Shown here: in pieces, positions 42,794 to 52,162 of the stretch | Numbering within the stretch: the stretch's first letter is position 1 | Layout: each line of letters opens with the position of its first letter | Assembly: GCA_963843555.1 (NCBI GenBank) | Contig: CAWJKV010000011.1 | Span: 1 to 64,000 of the forward strand | Direction of reading: 5' to 3' | DNA from: an uncultured Methanosarcinales archaeon | Lineage (GTDB): Archaea > Halobacteriota > Methanosarcinia > Methanotrichales > Methanotrichaceae | Length of the DNA: 64,000 bases | Position numbers and translations under genes: made by a program | Notes under the pieces: model-generated | The model's database searches: none | Told to the model about the DNA's origin: nothing | What the model saw: only the letters and a program-made list of their open reading frames with translations

Positions 42794-43461
42794 ATGTCTT
42801 CCGGGTCATGCGGCTAGCCGACTTATTCACGCTCTTGAATGTCATCTTTGGGTTCCTGGCAATTCTTGCAGCAGGCGGCGCTTGGGGCGGGAATTCAATA
42901 AATCTCGCCGTGGTCTTCATACTATTGGCGGCAGCTGCAGACGGCCTGGACGGCTTTGTGGCGAGGAAGACGGGCTCAAGTCCTCTGGGGGCCAACCTGG
43001 ACTCTCTGGCGGACCTGATCTCCTTTGGCACTGCACCGGTCTACCTGGCGATCATGGCGTTTCATCTCGGCCTCTGGTCTGGCCGGTAGGGATTTTTTAT
43101 CTTATCTGCGGAACTCTGCGGCTCGCCAGGTTTAATGTCTCTGGCAAAAGTGATCAATTCTTTGAGGGGCTTCCCATTCCTGCGGCGGGCATATTCTTGT
43201 CCGCCAGTGTTCTTCTGGGCAGGCCGAACTCTGACGATTGTGCTCATGCTGCTCTTGGCGTTGCTCATGGTGAGCAGCATCTCCTACCCCAAGATAAGGG
43301 ACGTCAGAGCCATGGCTCTTTTTGGACTCATCTTTCTTGCCGCAGGATGGTTCATCTTCCGCCAGAACGATATTATTTATGCGGCCCTTCTGGTGATTAT
43401 GCTGATCATGCTGTATCTGGCTAGTCCGGTTGTGATTTCACGCCTACAAAAAAGGAAATAG
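42790..43461 (+). CDS. pssA: Archaetidylserine synthase (frameshifted)
   Basis: DGLDGFVAR...G.NLDSLADLISFG; LRLARFN; FEGLPIP. Confidence 0.9.
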
Positions 43462-43766
43462 CCTCATTCGAGGCCGGCATAAAACTGGGAGCGCTCTACC
43501 ATCAATTCGTTGGCGCGCCCGTAAGTGCAAAGACTGCATCCAGCCTGGAAGAGGCCATGCAGGAGAGCATCTCCCTTCAGCCTTATGTCCGGGAGGTAAG
43601 TGTTAGCATAAACCGAAAGATGTTGAAGGAGAATGTCTTCGGATATGGCGAACTGGAAGGGCGCATGATCACGGCCGAGGTTGAGATAGATTATGATGGC
43701 GTTGTCGTTCGTGCCCGGCTGGAGTACGACGGACAGAAGAACTACCCGCTCATGAGTCTGCTCTAG
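43431..43766 (+). CDS. mptD: Archaeal dihydroneopterin aldolase (start uncertain)
   Basis: FEAGIKLGALYHQFVGAPV...QPYV...YPLM. Confidence 0.85.
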   Translation, partial: CDFTPTKKEIASFEAGIKLGALYHQFVGAPVSAKTASSLEEAMQESISLQPYVREVSVSINRKMLKENVFGYGELEGRMITAEVEIDYDGVVVRARLEYDGQKNYPLMSLL

Positions 43767-43802
43767 GCCCGGAGTTGCTTTTTCACTGAATCGCTAACTC
43801 AC

Positions 43803-44718
43803 TCACTCGAACTCGATTGTGCCCGGCGGTTTGGGAGTCAGGTCGTAAACCACTCTTGAAACCGCAGGAATCTCGCCTGTGATGCGGCTGGATATGCGCC
43901 TCAGAACATCCCAGGGTATTTCCATCACGTCTGCGGTCATGGCATCCCGGGAGGAGACGGAACGAACTGCGACCACGTAGCCGTAGACCCGGTTGTCGCC
44001 CTTGACACCAGTGGCCTTTCCCAGGATGGCAGCAAAGGCCTGCCAGGGAGCAAACTGCTCGACCTCTTCTTCCACTATGGCATTGGCTTTGCGCACTACA
44101 TCCAGCTTTTCGCGCGTGACCTCGCCCACGATCCTGACCGCCAGCCCGGGGCCCGGATAAGGCATTCTCTCGCTGATCTCCTGAGGAAGTCCCAGAGCTC
44201 TGGCCACTACCCGCACCTCGTCCTTATACAGGTCGCGCAGGGGCTCAACTATGGTCTTGAACTCCATGCAGCTGGGCAGCCCGCCCACGTTGTGATGGGC
44301 CTTTATGCCTCCGTCAGACTCGATTCTGTCCGGATAGATGGTGCCCTGCATGAGACAGTCGCCGCCAATCTTGCGGGCCTCCTCCTCAAAGACGCGGATA
44401 AAGGTCTCGCCAACGATCATCCTCTTCTCTTCCGGGTCCGTGACCCCTTTTAAGGCATCGAGAAACCGGTCCTGGGCGTTCACGCGCACGAGGCCGATAT
44501 CCGTGAAAAGCTGCTCAATTCTGTCCGACTCGAACTGCCTCATGAGCCCCGAGTCCACATAAACAGGGACCAGCCGGTCACCCAATGCTCGACTGGGCAA
44601 GCATTGCGCATACCGAGCTGTCCACGCCTCCCGATAAACCAATAATGGCGCGACCCTTAACATCGCGCTTGATTTCTGCGATGGCGTTCTCAATGAAACG
44701 TTCCGCATTCATGGCCAT
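43803..44718 (-). CDS. guaAB: GMP synthase subunit B (frameshifts near the N-terminus)
   Basis: [34 protein letters not shown]. Confidence 0.93.
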
Positions 44719-45135
44719 AATATCAGGCCCGGCTTCCTAGATTTTAGGCTTGCGGTTATGAAATCCGTAACGCTATTACGATCATATGGCAATACAGCGA
44801 TGCTTTCAGATGATCTCAATATGACAATAACATGAAAAATAAGGCTTTAAATTATCATAACAAGAATATATTGGCGGGATAGGAGAGTGGGACTTGCCAT
44901 ATCCTGCAGGGAGGGCTTCCCTCCGCCCTCCCTTAAGACACAACAATACTGGCTCAAAACAGAATTTTGCTTTTAGCATTCCCATCTTTTTAGCTCTACC
45001 ATTGTTGATACCGAAAATACTGGACAATCGAAATGAAGCCCAGCTATTAAGATACTCATTTAAATTCGTTCTCACTGTTCTGAGACTTGCCAACGCATGC
45101 CGCTCCGTGGTCCTTAAATTTCATGAACTCAAAGT

Positions 45136-46414
45136 GTGATGCAAGCCATGACCCGTACCATAGCCGAAATAAACGAGCGAATCAAGAGCCAGGATGCAGT
45201 TGTGCTGACCGCCCAGGAGGTCTGTGATATCGTCAAGGACGGCGGAGAGCTCGCCCTGAAAGACGTTGACGTTGTCACCACTGCCACCCGGGCCATAATG
45301 AGCGGAACCTATGCGGTGCTGTCGTTCCCCGTTGCAGAGCCCGGCACATTTGTCCGTGCCGAAAAGGTCTCGATCAACGGAGTTCCTGCCTGCATCGGGC
45401 CATGCCCAAATGAGCGGTTAGGCGTCATCGACCTGATGGTCTACGGCACGGCACATAGCAAAGCTAAATCCGATTATGGCGGAGGACATCTGTTCCGGGA
45501 GCTGGTCGAGGGCCAGGAGGTTCAGGTTGAGGTTGAAACCTGTGAAGGAGGATCTCTTACAAAGGATATATGCCTGGATGACATCCCCTATGCTCAAATC
45601 CACTCCACTCGCAACGCCTTCAAGAACTATGTGGCCTTTGTAAACCCCAGAACTGCTCCTTTGCCCACGATCTTCAGCGCGCTGCAATTTCCGCCCAATT
45701 TTAGCTGTGCCACGGTGTCCGGATGCGGTCAGCTCAATCCCATCAAGAACGATCCTAACCTGGAGACGATCGGCATAGGCACACGCATCCTCCTGAATGG
45801 CGCCCAGGGGTTTGTGATAGGCACCGGCACTCGCAGCATGCCATCCAGGCCGAACCTTCTCGGGCTGGCTGACATGCACCAGATGAGCCCTGAGTACATG
45901 GGCGGTTTCATCACGTCCGCAGGCCCGGAATGCATAGGCTCCTGGGCGGTGCCTATTCCGGTGCTGAATGAGTCCATCCTGGAGAAGCATACTGTTGCAG
46001 GATAGGGATATCCCCCTCACCATAATGGACGTAAATATTCGCCAGAAGATCGGCAAGACGACCTATGAGGACGTCTGGGGCTCGTCTGATCTGGAGATCG
46101 AGTTCGATCCGGGCAGGTGCACCAGCTGCAGGAGATGTACTGCGGAGCCCGTCTGCCCCATGAGGGCGATCGCAATTGTTGGCGATCGGGTTATGCGCGA
46201 TGAGGGTAAATGCTTCAATTGCGGTCTATGCGTCTCGCAATGCTCCGGCGGGGCGTTCCGTGGGAATCTCGGCGCCATCAACCTTGCGGGCAGGATGATT
46301 CCGATTCAACTCCGCCAATCGGATAGAGCGAGAGCTGTAAAGCTGGCAAAGGAACTGAAATCGCAGATTCTGGATGGATCTTTCAGGATGACAGAGATGG
46401 TGGAAAGATTGTGA
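45136..46414 (+). CDS. Methanogenesis marker 16 metalloprotein (DUF39 family plus ferredoxin domain; frameshift near 46000)
   Basis: RTIAEINE, VDVVTTAT..IMSGT, GPCPNE; CxxCxxC ... CFNCGLC. Confidence 0.85.
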
Positions 46415-46819
46415 GGGTCTCCTTGGGTCAGTAATGTGGAGCTACAATTCCCCAGAGATGGGCATAGCTCGGATCGCCATACCTAATGATAAGATGATTG
46501 ACTTCTTTTTGATTTTGAATGAGAGTCAGAGCTAAACTTTTTGCCATTAGATATGTACAAGTTGATTGTTTAGGCCACAAAGATGCTCACCATAAGACAG
46601 ATTTCTTGATTTCCATCATGGGTCGGCCTGTGCATATCTGCCAGGCTTGAGCCTTATCCGGTAGATCTGAAAATGATCATATAGTGAACTACGCCCTCTC
46701 CTTGTTCCATTCACGTCTTGGTTGCATAGTTGAATAAATATCTCTCGGTGCTAACCCTAGCTGGTCCTAATTGCCTTGGCAGCCCGCGCGAGAGAAGATG
46801 TTGCCCACACATAAGGAGT

Positions 46820-47200
46820 ACGCACGTGTGCGCGTGGGCGCGGGTGCCCGCGTGGGCTTGCCGCCTGAGGGGGCCGGGAGGCCGGTCGGGCCTGGTGTCA
46901 GGGGGGCTTATCTCCTGAAGGGGCAGCTCTTTGGGGACTGGATTTTTGGAAGAAGATGGCAGTTCATCATTATTATTATCAGAAAATTATACCAAACAAC
47001 TAACTGATCGCATCACAGAGGCACAGAGCGCACGGAGACTCGACGACTGAGGTTTCGGGCAGTCTCCGGCTTTGACGATCCTTGCTGGCTGTGGGCCAGC
47101 CTCGCTGGCAGCCCATCGAGCATGCGGCATCCTTGCCTCGGATCCACGGCTCGCGCTCCAGGGTCTGCCGCTGTGGGCTGGGACTGTCCAGGGCTGCATC
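46820..47200 (+). repeat. Family-B repeat, copy 1 (nearly a full ~410-bp unit)
   Basis: gtgcccgcgtgggcttgccgcctg...gggaggccggtcgggcctggtgtcagggggg...gaaaattat...cacagaggcacagagcgcac. Confidence 0.9.
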
Positions 47201-47253
47201 AGTATGGCTGATTGACTGCCGCTAAACTTAAGTGTCCCTAAATCAAGATAGAT

Positions 47254-47727
47254 TTGAGGCATCTAATGCGCGCTAAAGCTCAGTTAGGCAAATCGGATCT
47301 GCCAATAAATATCGGAAGAAAGGCAAGAAGAAAGACCTCACGAGCCGGCTTTCTTCCTGGTGACGCAGCTCATGGCAAGACACCTGAGGTCAAAGATGTC
47401 CTGGAAGTTCTAAAAGCGATGCATGTGATGATTCCAGAGACCTCTGAGGTCAGCGAGTACCTTCTTGCCCATCCGGATTTAAGCTGCCTGATTCCACCGA
47501 TCTGCTGCAAACTGATCAAGACGTTCCCAGAGGATGCAAAGCTCTTTTTGGAGATTTACCGCGATCCCGAGATTCATGATGAGTATCTGACGCTTTACGT
47601 TCGAAAGAATGTGTACGAAGAGCAGATTTTGGACTGTATTGATGAAGCCATGGCAGAGTTCGAGCCGGCCCTGGGATCTGCATCGGGATGGCTCCTGGTG
47701 ACTACAGATTTTCTTTTGCCAAAATAA
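47254..47727 (+). CDS. Hypothetical protein, probable partner (antitoxin) of the downstream HEPN
   Basis: Directly upstream of HEPN; LEIYRDPEI..EYLTLYVR. Confidence 0.6.
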   Translation: MRHLMRAKAQLGKSDLPINIGRKARRKTSRAGFLPGDAAHGKTPEVKDVLEVLKAMHVMIPETSEVSEYLLAHPDLSCLIPPICCKLIKTFPEDAKLFLEIYRDPEIHDEYLTLYVRKNVYEEQILDCIDEAMAEFEPALGSASGWLLVTTDFLLPK

Positions 47728-47742
47728 GGAACTATAAACTCC

Positions 47743-48111
47743 ATGTCCTTTGATTGGCGAGAATACCTCGATCTGGCAGAAGCCCTTATGGGAAGGAATA
47801 GCAAGCCCATAACAATTGAAGCTGCATTCAGATGCTCAATGAGCAGGATCTACTACGCTGCATTCTGTCATGCCAGGAACTACGCACAGAAAAAACAAAG
47901 TTTTGCCGCAAAGTGCAATGCTTCTGACCATGCACGGATTAGAGAGCATTTTCGATCCAGCGGAATGACCAGGATTGCCGGCAACCTGGACAGACTGAGA
48001 CAGTGGAGGAATGCCTGTGATTACGAGGACTCCATCGAGATCTCTGAAAGGTCTTATGATGCCATGACGGCTCAAGCAAAGTATGTTCTTGAGGCTCTTA
48101 GAGACAAATAG
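47743..48111 (+). CDS. HEPN-domain protein
   Basis: FDWREYLDLA...SRIYYAAF...H...RQWRNACDY. Confidence 0.85.
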   Translation: MSFDWREYLDLAEALMGRNSKPITIEAAFRCSMSRIYYAAFCHARNYAQKKQSFAAKCNASDHARIREHFRSSGMTRIAGNLDRLRQWRNACDYEDSIEISERSYDAMTAQAKYVLEALRDK

Positions 48112-48140
48112 GGAAGGAGCAGTCTAAGTCGTCCGTTGAG

Positions 48141-48458
48141 GGGCCGGGCCGTCCGGGCCGCATCGTCGTCTGCCGGTCGGGCGCTCGTGCGTGCTCCCGC
48201 ATGGCTGCGCGCGTGCCCGCGTGGGCTTGCCGCCTGGGGGCCGGGAGGCCGGTCGGGCTTGATGTCAGGAGGGGCTTGTCTCCGGAATGGGTGGCTTTTC
48301 GGGGGCAGGATTTTTGGAAGAAGTGGCAGTTCATCATTATTATTAGCAGAAAATTATAACCGAACAACTACGAATAACACCACAGAGGCGCAGAGCGCAC
48401 AGAGGCTTCACGGCTGAGGCTTCGGGGCCAGCTCCGGCTTGACGATCCTTGTGGGCCT
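48141..48458 (+). repeat. Family-B repeat, copy 2
   Basis: Same core and AT-rich tail as copy 1. Confidence 0.9.
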
Positions 48459-48608
48459 TGGCTCGGCGGGCGGCAGCGCGGGCGCGGGTGTACGCTCGGT
48501 TGGCAGCATGGGGGCGGGAGGAACAATAGTGTGCAGAGGAGCGCGGACAGGTATGCTTTGCTGGCCGTTTCGGTAGGATCTGGCGCAAACGGGATTATTG
48601 GCTTGGAT

Positions 48609-49100
48609 TCATGGTCTCCATAAATTCAAGAAACCGACACGCTCAAAATCAGCATCATTTGTGGCCATCTCCTTTATCCCAAATGCCTTGCAGCAGGCGG
48701 TATGCAAGGCATCCCTGGGAAGAAGACGGTATTCGCTGGCGCATTCCAGCGCGATTTTGGAGATAGAATAGTCAAGGCTCAGGACCTTTAGATGTCCTTT
48801 GGAGATGAGCACGTCGAGATAGTCATGAAACTCATGCACAGGCACAAGGCAATCTTGCCAGGCATGTAGCATCGCTTTTTTCATCGATCTTGCGTCTTTC
48901 GGGCTTCCTGTTCTCCTGGCGGTCTGGACCATCAGGACATAGGAAACCTCATCGATGACCAGAGGCGAGATGAACGCCTCGATAGTTCCTTGTTCAACCT
49001 TTTCCAGAAGCTCCTGGCAGCTTCTGCCGTAGGTGGGGTGGCCTGTCAGAAGGTAGGTGAAGATATTGGCATCAATGAACACTTGTCTCGTAATCTTCAT
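48609..49100 (-). CDS. vapC: PIN-domain (VapC) toxin
   Basis: VFIDANIF...DALHTA...TNDADF. Confidence 0.9.
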   Translation of the reverse strand: MKITRQVFIDANIFTYLLTGHPTYGRSCQELLEKVEQGTIEAFISPLVIDEVSYVLMVQTARRTGSPKDARSMKKAMLHAWQDCLVPVHEFHDYLDVLISKGHLKVLSLDYSISKIALECASEYRLLPRDALHTACCKAFGIKEMATNDADFERVGFLNLWRP

Positions 49101-49260
49101 GTGCTTCCTCTAGCCCTTCCCAACACTTTACGATCCCAAAGATTCTGCTGGTAGCGCTCCTTTGGACGCTTATCTCGACCTCATCACCTTCTTTCAGGTT
49201 CAACTCCCCAAGGGGCTTGAGGACTTTGTCTTCGTATCTAGCCCTGATCACGGCACCCAT
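49072..49260 (-). CDS. AF2212/DUF104-like antitoxin
   Basis: IRARYEDKVLKPLGELNLKEG. Confidence 0.88.
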   Translation of the reverse strand: MGAVIRARYEDKVLKPLGELNLKEGDEVEISVQRSATSRIFGIVKCWEGLEEAHEDYETSVH

Positions 49261-49389
49261 CGTCTCACCAACATCATGATTTGTCTTTCATGGATAAATG
49301 AATATGGCTTTCACGCCTTATAAAGTGATGTCGATGATTCGTCGTGATCCGGTATGGCCCAGCCGCTCGCCGCGTGCCGCGCTGGTACG

Positions 49390-49460
49390 CGGACTCTCGC
49401 ATGGACGCGCTTGCCCGCGTGGGCTTGCCGCCTGAGGGGCCGGGAGGCCGGTCGGGCCTA
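49390..49460 (+). repeat. Family-B repeat, copy 3 (core only)
   Basis: ctctcgcatgg...gcccgcgtgggcttgccgcctgaggggccgggaggccggtcgggcct. Confidence 0.88.
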
Positions 49461-49585
49461 ATCGCACTCACCGCTCCTGCTCTGGGCGCGGAAGGCAGGT
49501 CGAGCCTCAGGCCAGTCCTTTGCAGCTGCAGGTGTCAGTTGTGTAGTTTTCTGGCGATGGGTTACCGTAATGATGACTATCTCAA

Positions 49586-49942
49586 TTACCTTAAGCTCTC
49601 TTCACTGATCGCATCAAGGATCTGCTTCATTTTCTGCTTCAGATCCGGTATATCCCCTTGAACAATCTCCCAGATAATCTGCAGGTCTACATTAAAATAG
49701 GCATGGATCATGCGGTTTCTGAGGCCAATCATCTGGCGCCATGGTATCTGAGGATGCTCATTGCGTAGATCCTCGGAGAGATTCCGGGCTGCTTCTCCCA
49801 TCACCTCTAACTGCCTTATCACTCCATCCTGAAGCAATCTGTTTCTCAAGAACTCTTCATGTGAAACATTATCCATGTAGTGCTCTATCAGCATAAAGGC
49901 ATCTATGATGTGGTGAAGATAGACAGAATCATCCTTCTTCAT
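49586..49942 (-). CDS. HEPN (DUF86) toxin
   Basis: RNRMIHAYF. Confidence 0.9.
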   Translation of the reverse strand: MKKDDSVYLHHIIDAFMLIEHYMDNVSHEEFLRNRLLQDGVIRQLEVMGEAARNLSEDLRNEHPQIPWRQMIGLRNRMIHAYFNVDLQIIWEIVQGDIPDLKQKMKQILDAISEESLR

Positions 49943-50231
49943 ATAACAGAACCAGGTCTTTTTCAGCATAAGGTCGCAAATAAGGGCTTAGCGATCCTTC
50001 TGCAATTAGCTCTACCTCCCTGCCCAGGATGCGGCTGAGTTCATCCTCTAACCCGAACCATCCCAGACCCAATCGGGGACGTTTTTCCGGGTCTTTTAGC
50101 TCCACCAGGATATCAATATCGCTTTCCGGTGTCTCCTCTCCTCTCGCAAAGGAGCCGAAGACGGCAATACGTTTAACATAAGGCCTGAGCATGGGCAATA
50201 CTTTGTCCCTCAGATCTGTATATCGGTTCAT
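49929..50231 (-). CDS. MNT antitoxin
   Basis: FGSFARGE...SDIDILVE. Confidence 0.9.
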   Translation of the reverse strand: MNRYTDLRDKVLPMLRPYVKRIAVFGSFARGEETPESDIDILVELKDPEKRPRLGLGWFGLEDELSRILGREVELIAEGSLSPYLRPYAEKDLVLLYEEG

Positions 50232-50357
50232 TTGGTATCCTTTTCTCGCTATGCCTGTCCATTTGATACATGTTGGAAGTCTGCGTTTAAATAGATAAGG
50301 TCTTTGAGGAGCCCATACCACCCGCGTCCCGGCTGCTCCTCCAGTGTCCGACGCCCG

Positions 50358-50490
50358 TGGCCGGGCCGTCCGGATCGCATCGCCGTCTGCCGGGCGGGCG
50401 CTCGTGCGTGCTCTCGCATGGGCGCGCGTGCCCGCGTGGGCTTGCCGTCTGGGGGCCGGGAGGCCGGTCGGGCCTGGTGTCAGGGGCTTT
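50358..50490 (+). repeat. Family-B repeat, copy 4
   Basis: ggccgggccgtccggatcgcatc...core...ggtgtcaggggc. Confidence 0.9.
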
Positions 50491-50615
50491 TGCATTCTGG
50501 ATAGTTGGCTCTTCAGGCGGGCTGGATGAAAACTGGTGCCTGAAGATCGGATATTTCGATGCGTATAGATCCAAAACCTTATACTTGAGGAAAACGTGTT
50601 CTTAGTGGAGATTGC

Positions 50616-50819
50616 ATGGGAAGAAGAAAGACGATCAAGCCAGCTGGGTCTGCAGCAGGATTGCGCAAGAGCGCCAGCGATTCTGAGACGGAGGATATCC
50701 TTCGGGATCCTGTCGTCATGAAGGTGCTTGAATCCGCAGACAGGCAATACGAAGAGGGAAAGGCTATACCCTTAAGTAAGCTCATGATTGATCTGGGGTT
50801 CGAAGAGGATGAGCTATAA
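50616..50819 (+). CDS. Small antitoxin
   Basis: Acidic C-terminus, overlaps RelE start. Confidence 0.7.
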   Translation: MGRRKTIKPAGSAAGLRKSASDSETEDILRDPVVMKVLESADRQYEEGKAIPLSKLMIDLGFEEDEL

Positions 50820-51093
50820 TGTTCTTCTCTCCGATGCCGTTAGCGATTACCTGAATTCACAAGATCGTGGCCGTCAGAAAGCTATTTTAAAGCACCTCTA
50901 TGAAATGAGGAGTGACCCTTTCAAGGGCGATGTGATCAGGCTCAAGCCGCCTCTCCAGAGGCTTTATCGCAAGAGAATCGGGAACGACCGGGTGCTATTC
51001 AGTATCCGGGGCGAGGACGTTTATTTGGAATTGATGGGTGATCGCAGCTACGTGTATGAGCTGGCAAAGAGATTGGAACGAAATATTGGATGA
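50809..51093 (+). CDS. RelE/ParE-family toxin
   Basis: YNVLLSDA...DPFKGDV..L...YRKRIGNDRVLF...DRSYVY. Confidence 0.85.
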   Translation: MSYNVLLSDAVSDYLNSQDRGRQKAILKHLYEMRSDPFKGDVIRLKPPLQRLYRKRIGNDRVLFSIRGEDVYLELMGDRSYVYELAKRLERNIG

Positions 51094-51130
51094 AATGACG
51101 GCCCCTATTACAATTTGTCCGTAGATCCAA

Positions 51131-52025
51131 GCATCGTGCGTGCTCTCGCATGGGCGCGCGTGCCCGCGTGGGCTTGCCGCCTGTGGGCCGGGAGGCCGGT
51201 CGGGCCTGGTATCAGGGGGGCTTGTCTCCGGGATTGGCGAGCTTTTGGGTGGGCTGGATTTTTGGAAACGAATGGCGGTTTGCTATTTTATTAGCTGAAA
51301 ATTATAACCGAACAACTACCGATCACACCACAGAGCCACAGAGCGCACAGAGGACGCACAGAGACTCTTGGGCGAAGTTTCGGGGCTGTCGTCTCCAGCT
51401 TGCGATTCATTGCGAACTGTGGGCTAGCCTCGCCCGGCAGCCCATCGACCGTGCTGCATCCTTGCCGGGGTCCACGGCTCGCGCTCCTGGGTCCGCCGCC
51501 CATGAGCCGAGCCGTCCGGGCCGCATCGTCGTCTGCCGGGCGGGCGCTCGTGCGTGCTCCCGCATGGGCGCGCGTGCCCGCGTGGGCTTGCTGCCTGGGG
51601 GGCCGGGAGGCCGGTCGGGCCTGATGTCAGGGGGGCTTGTCTCCGAAAGCGGCAGCTTTTCGGGCTGGATTTTTGGAAGCGATAATGTCTCACTTTACTA
51701 TTCACTGAAAATTATGACATAACAATTACGGATCACCACAGAGACACAGAGCGCACAAAGGAAGCACAAAGACTCTTCGGCGAGGATCTTCCTGAACAGT
51801 CTCCATCTTTGCGATCCTTGCGGCTGTGGGCTAGCCTCGCACGGAAGCCCATCGGCGGTGCTGCATCCTTGCCTCGGGTTCCACGGCTCGCGCTCCTGGG
51901 TCCAATGCACGTGGGCCGGGTTGTCCGGGCAGTGTCGCCGTCTGCCGGTCGGCGCTCGTGCGTGCTCTCGCATGGGCGCGCGTGCCCGCGTGGGCTTGCC
52001 GCCTGGGGGCCGGAAGGATGACAGG
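51131..52025 (+). repeat. Family-B repeat in direct tandem (about 2.2 units) ending in a family-A 3' end
   Basis: Core tgggcgcgcgtgcccgcgtgggc at 51151, 51565 and 51973 (periods 414 and 408); ccggaaggatgacagg at 52010-52025. Confidence 0.92.
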
Positions 52026-52162
52026 CAGGAGTACACCCAATTTCAGGGCTGGCTGTAAGGAGCCCTCGTTCGGTGCGACATGACCGAAGTGAAAGGCCAG
52101 TATTGGTGTATGTGTGAAAATCAAGATCAATTGCTTGCAGATAACACTAGCGCAGCAAAGTC

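Noticed and set aside
14180..46414. Frameshifts in folD, gpmI, guaAB, pssA, radical SAM, subtilisin and marker 16 as pseudogenes or programmed frameshifting
   Set aside because: Single-base indels hit many housekeeping genes with no shared slippery motif; best explained as long-read consensus errors.
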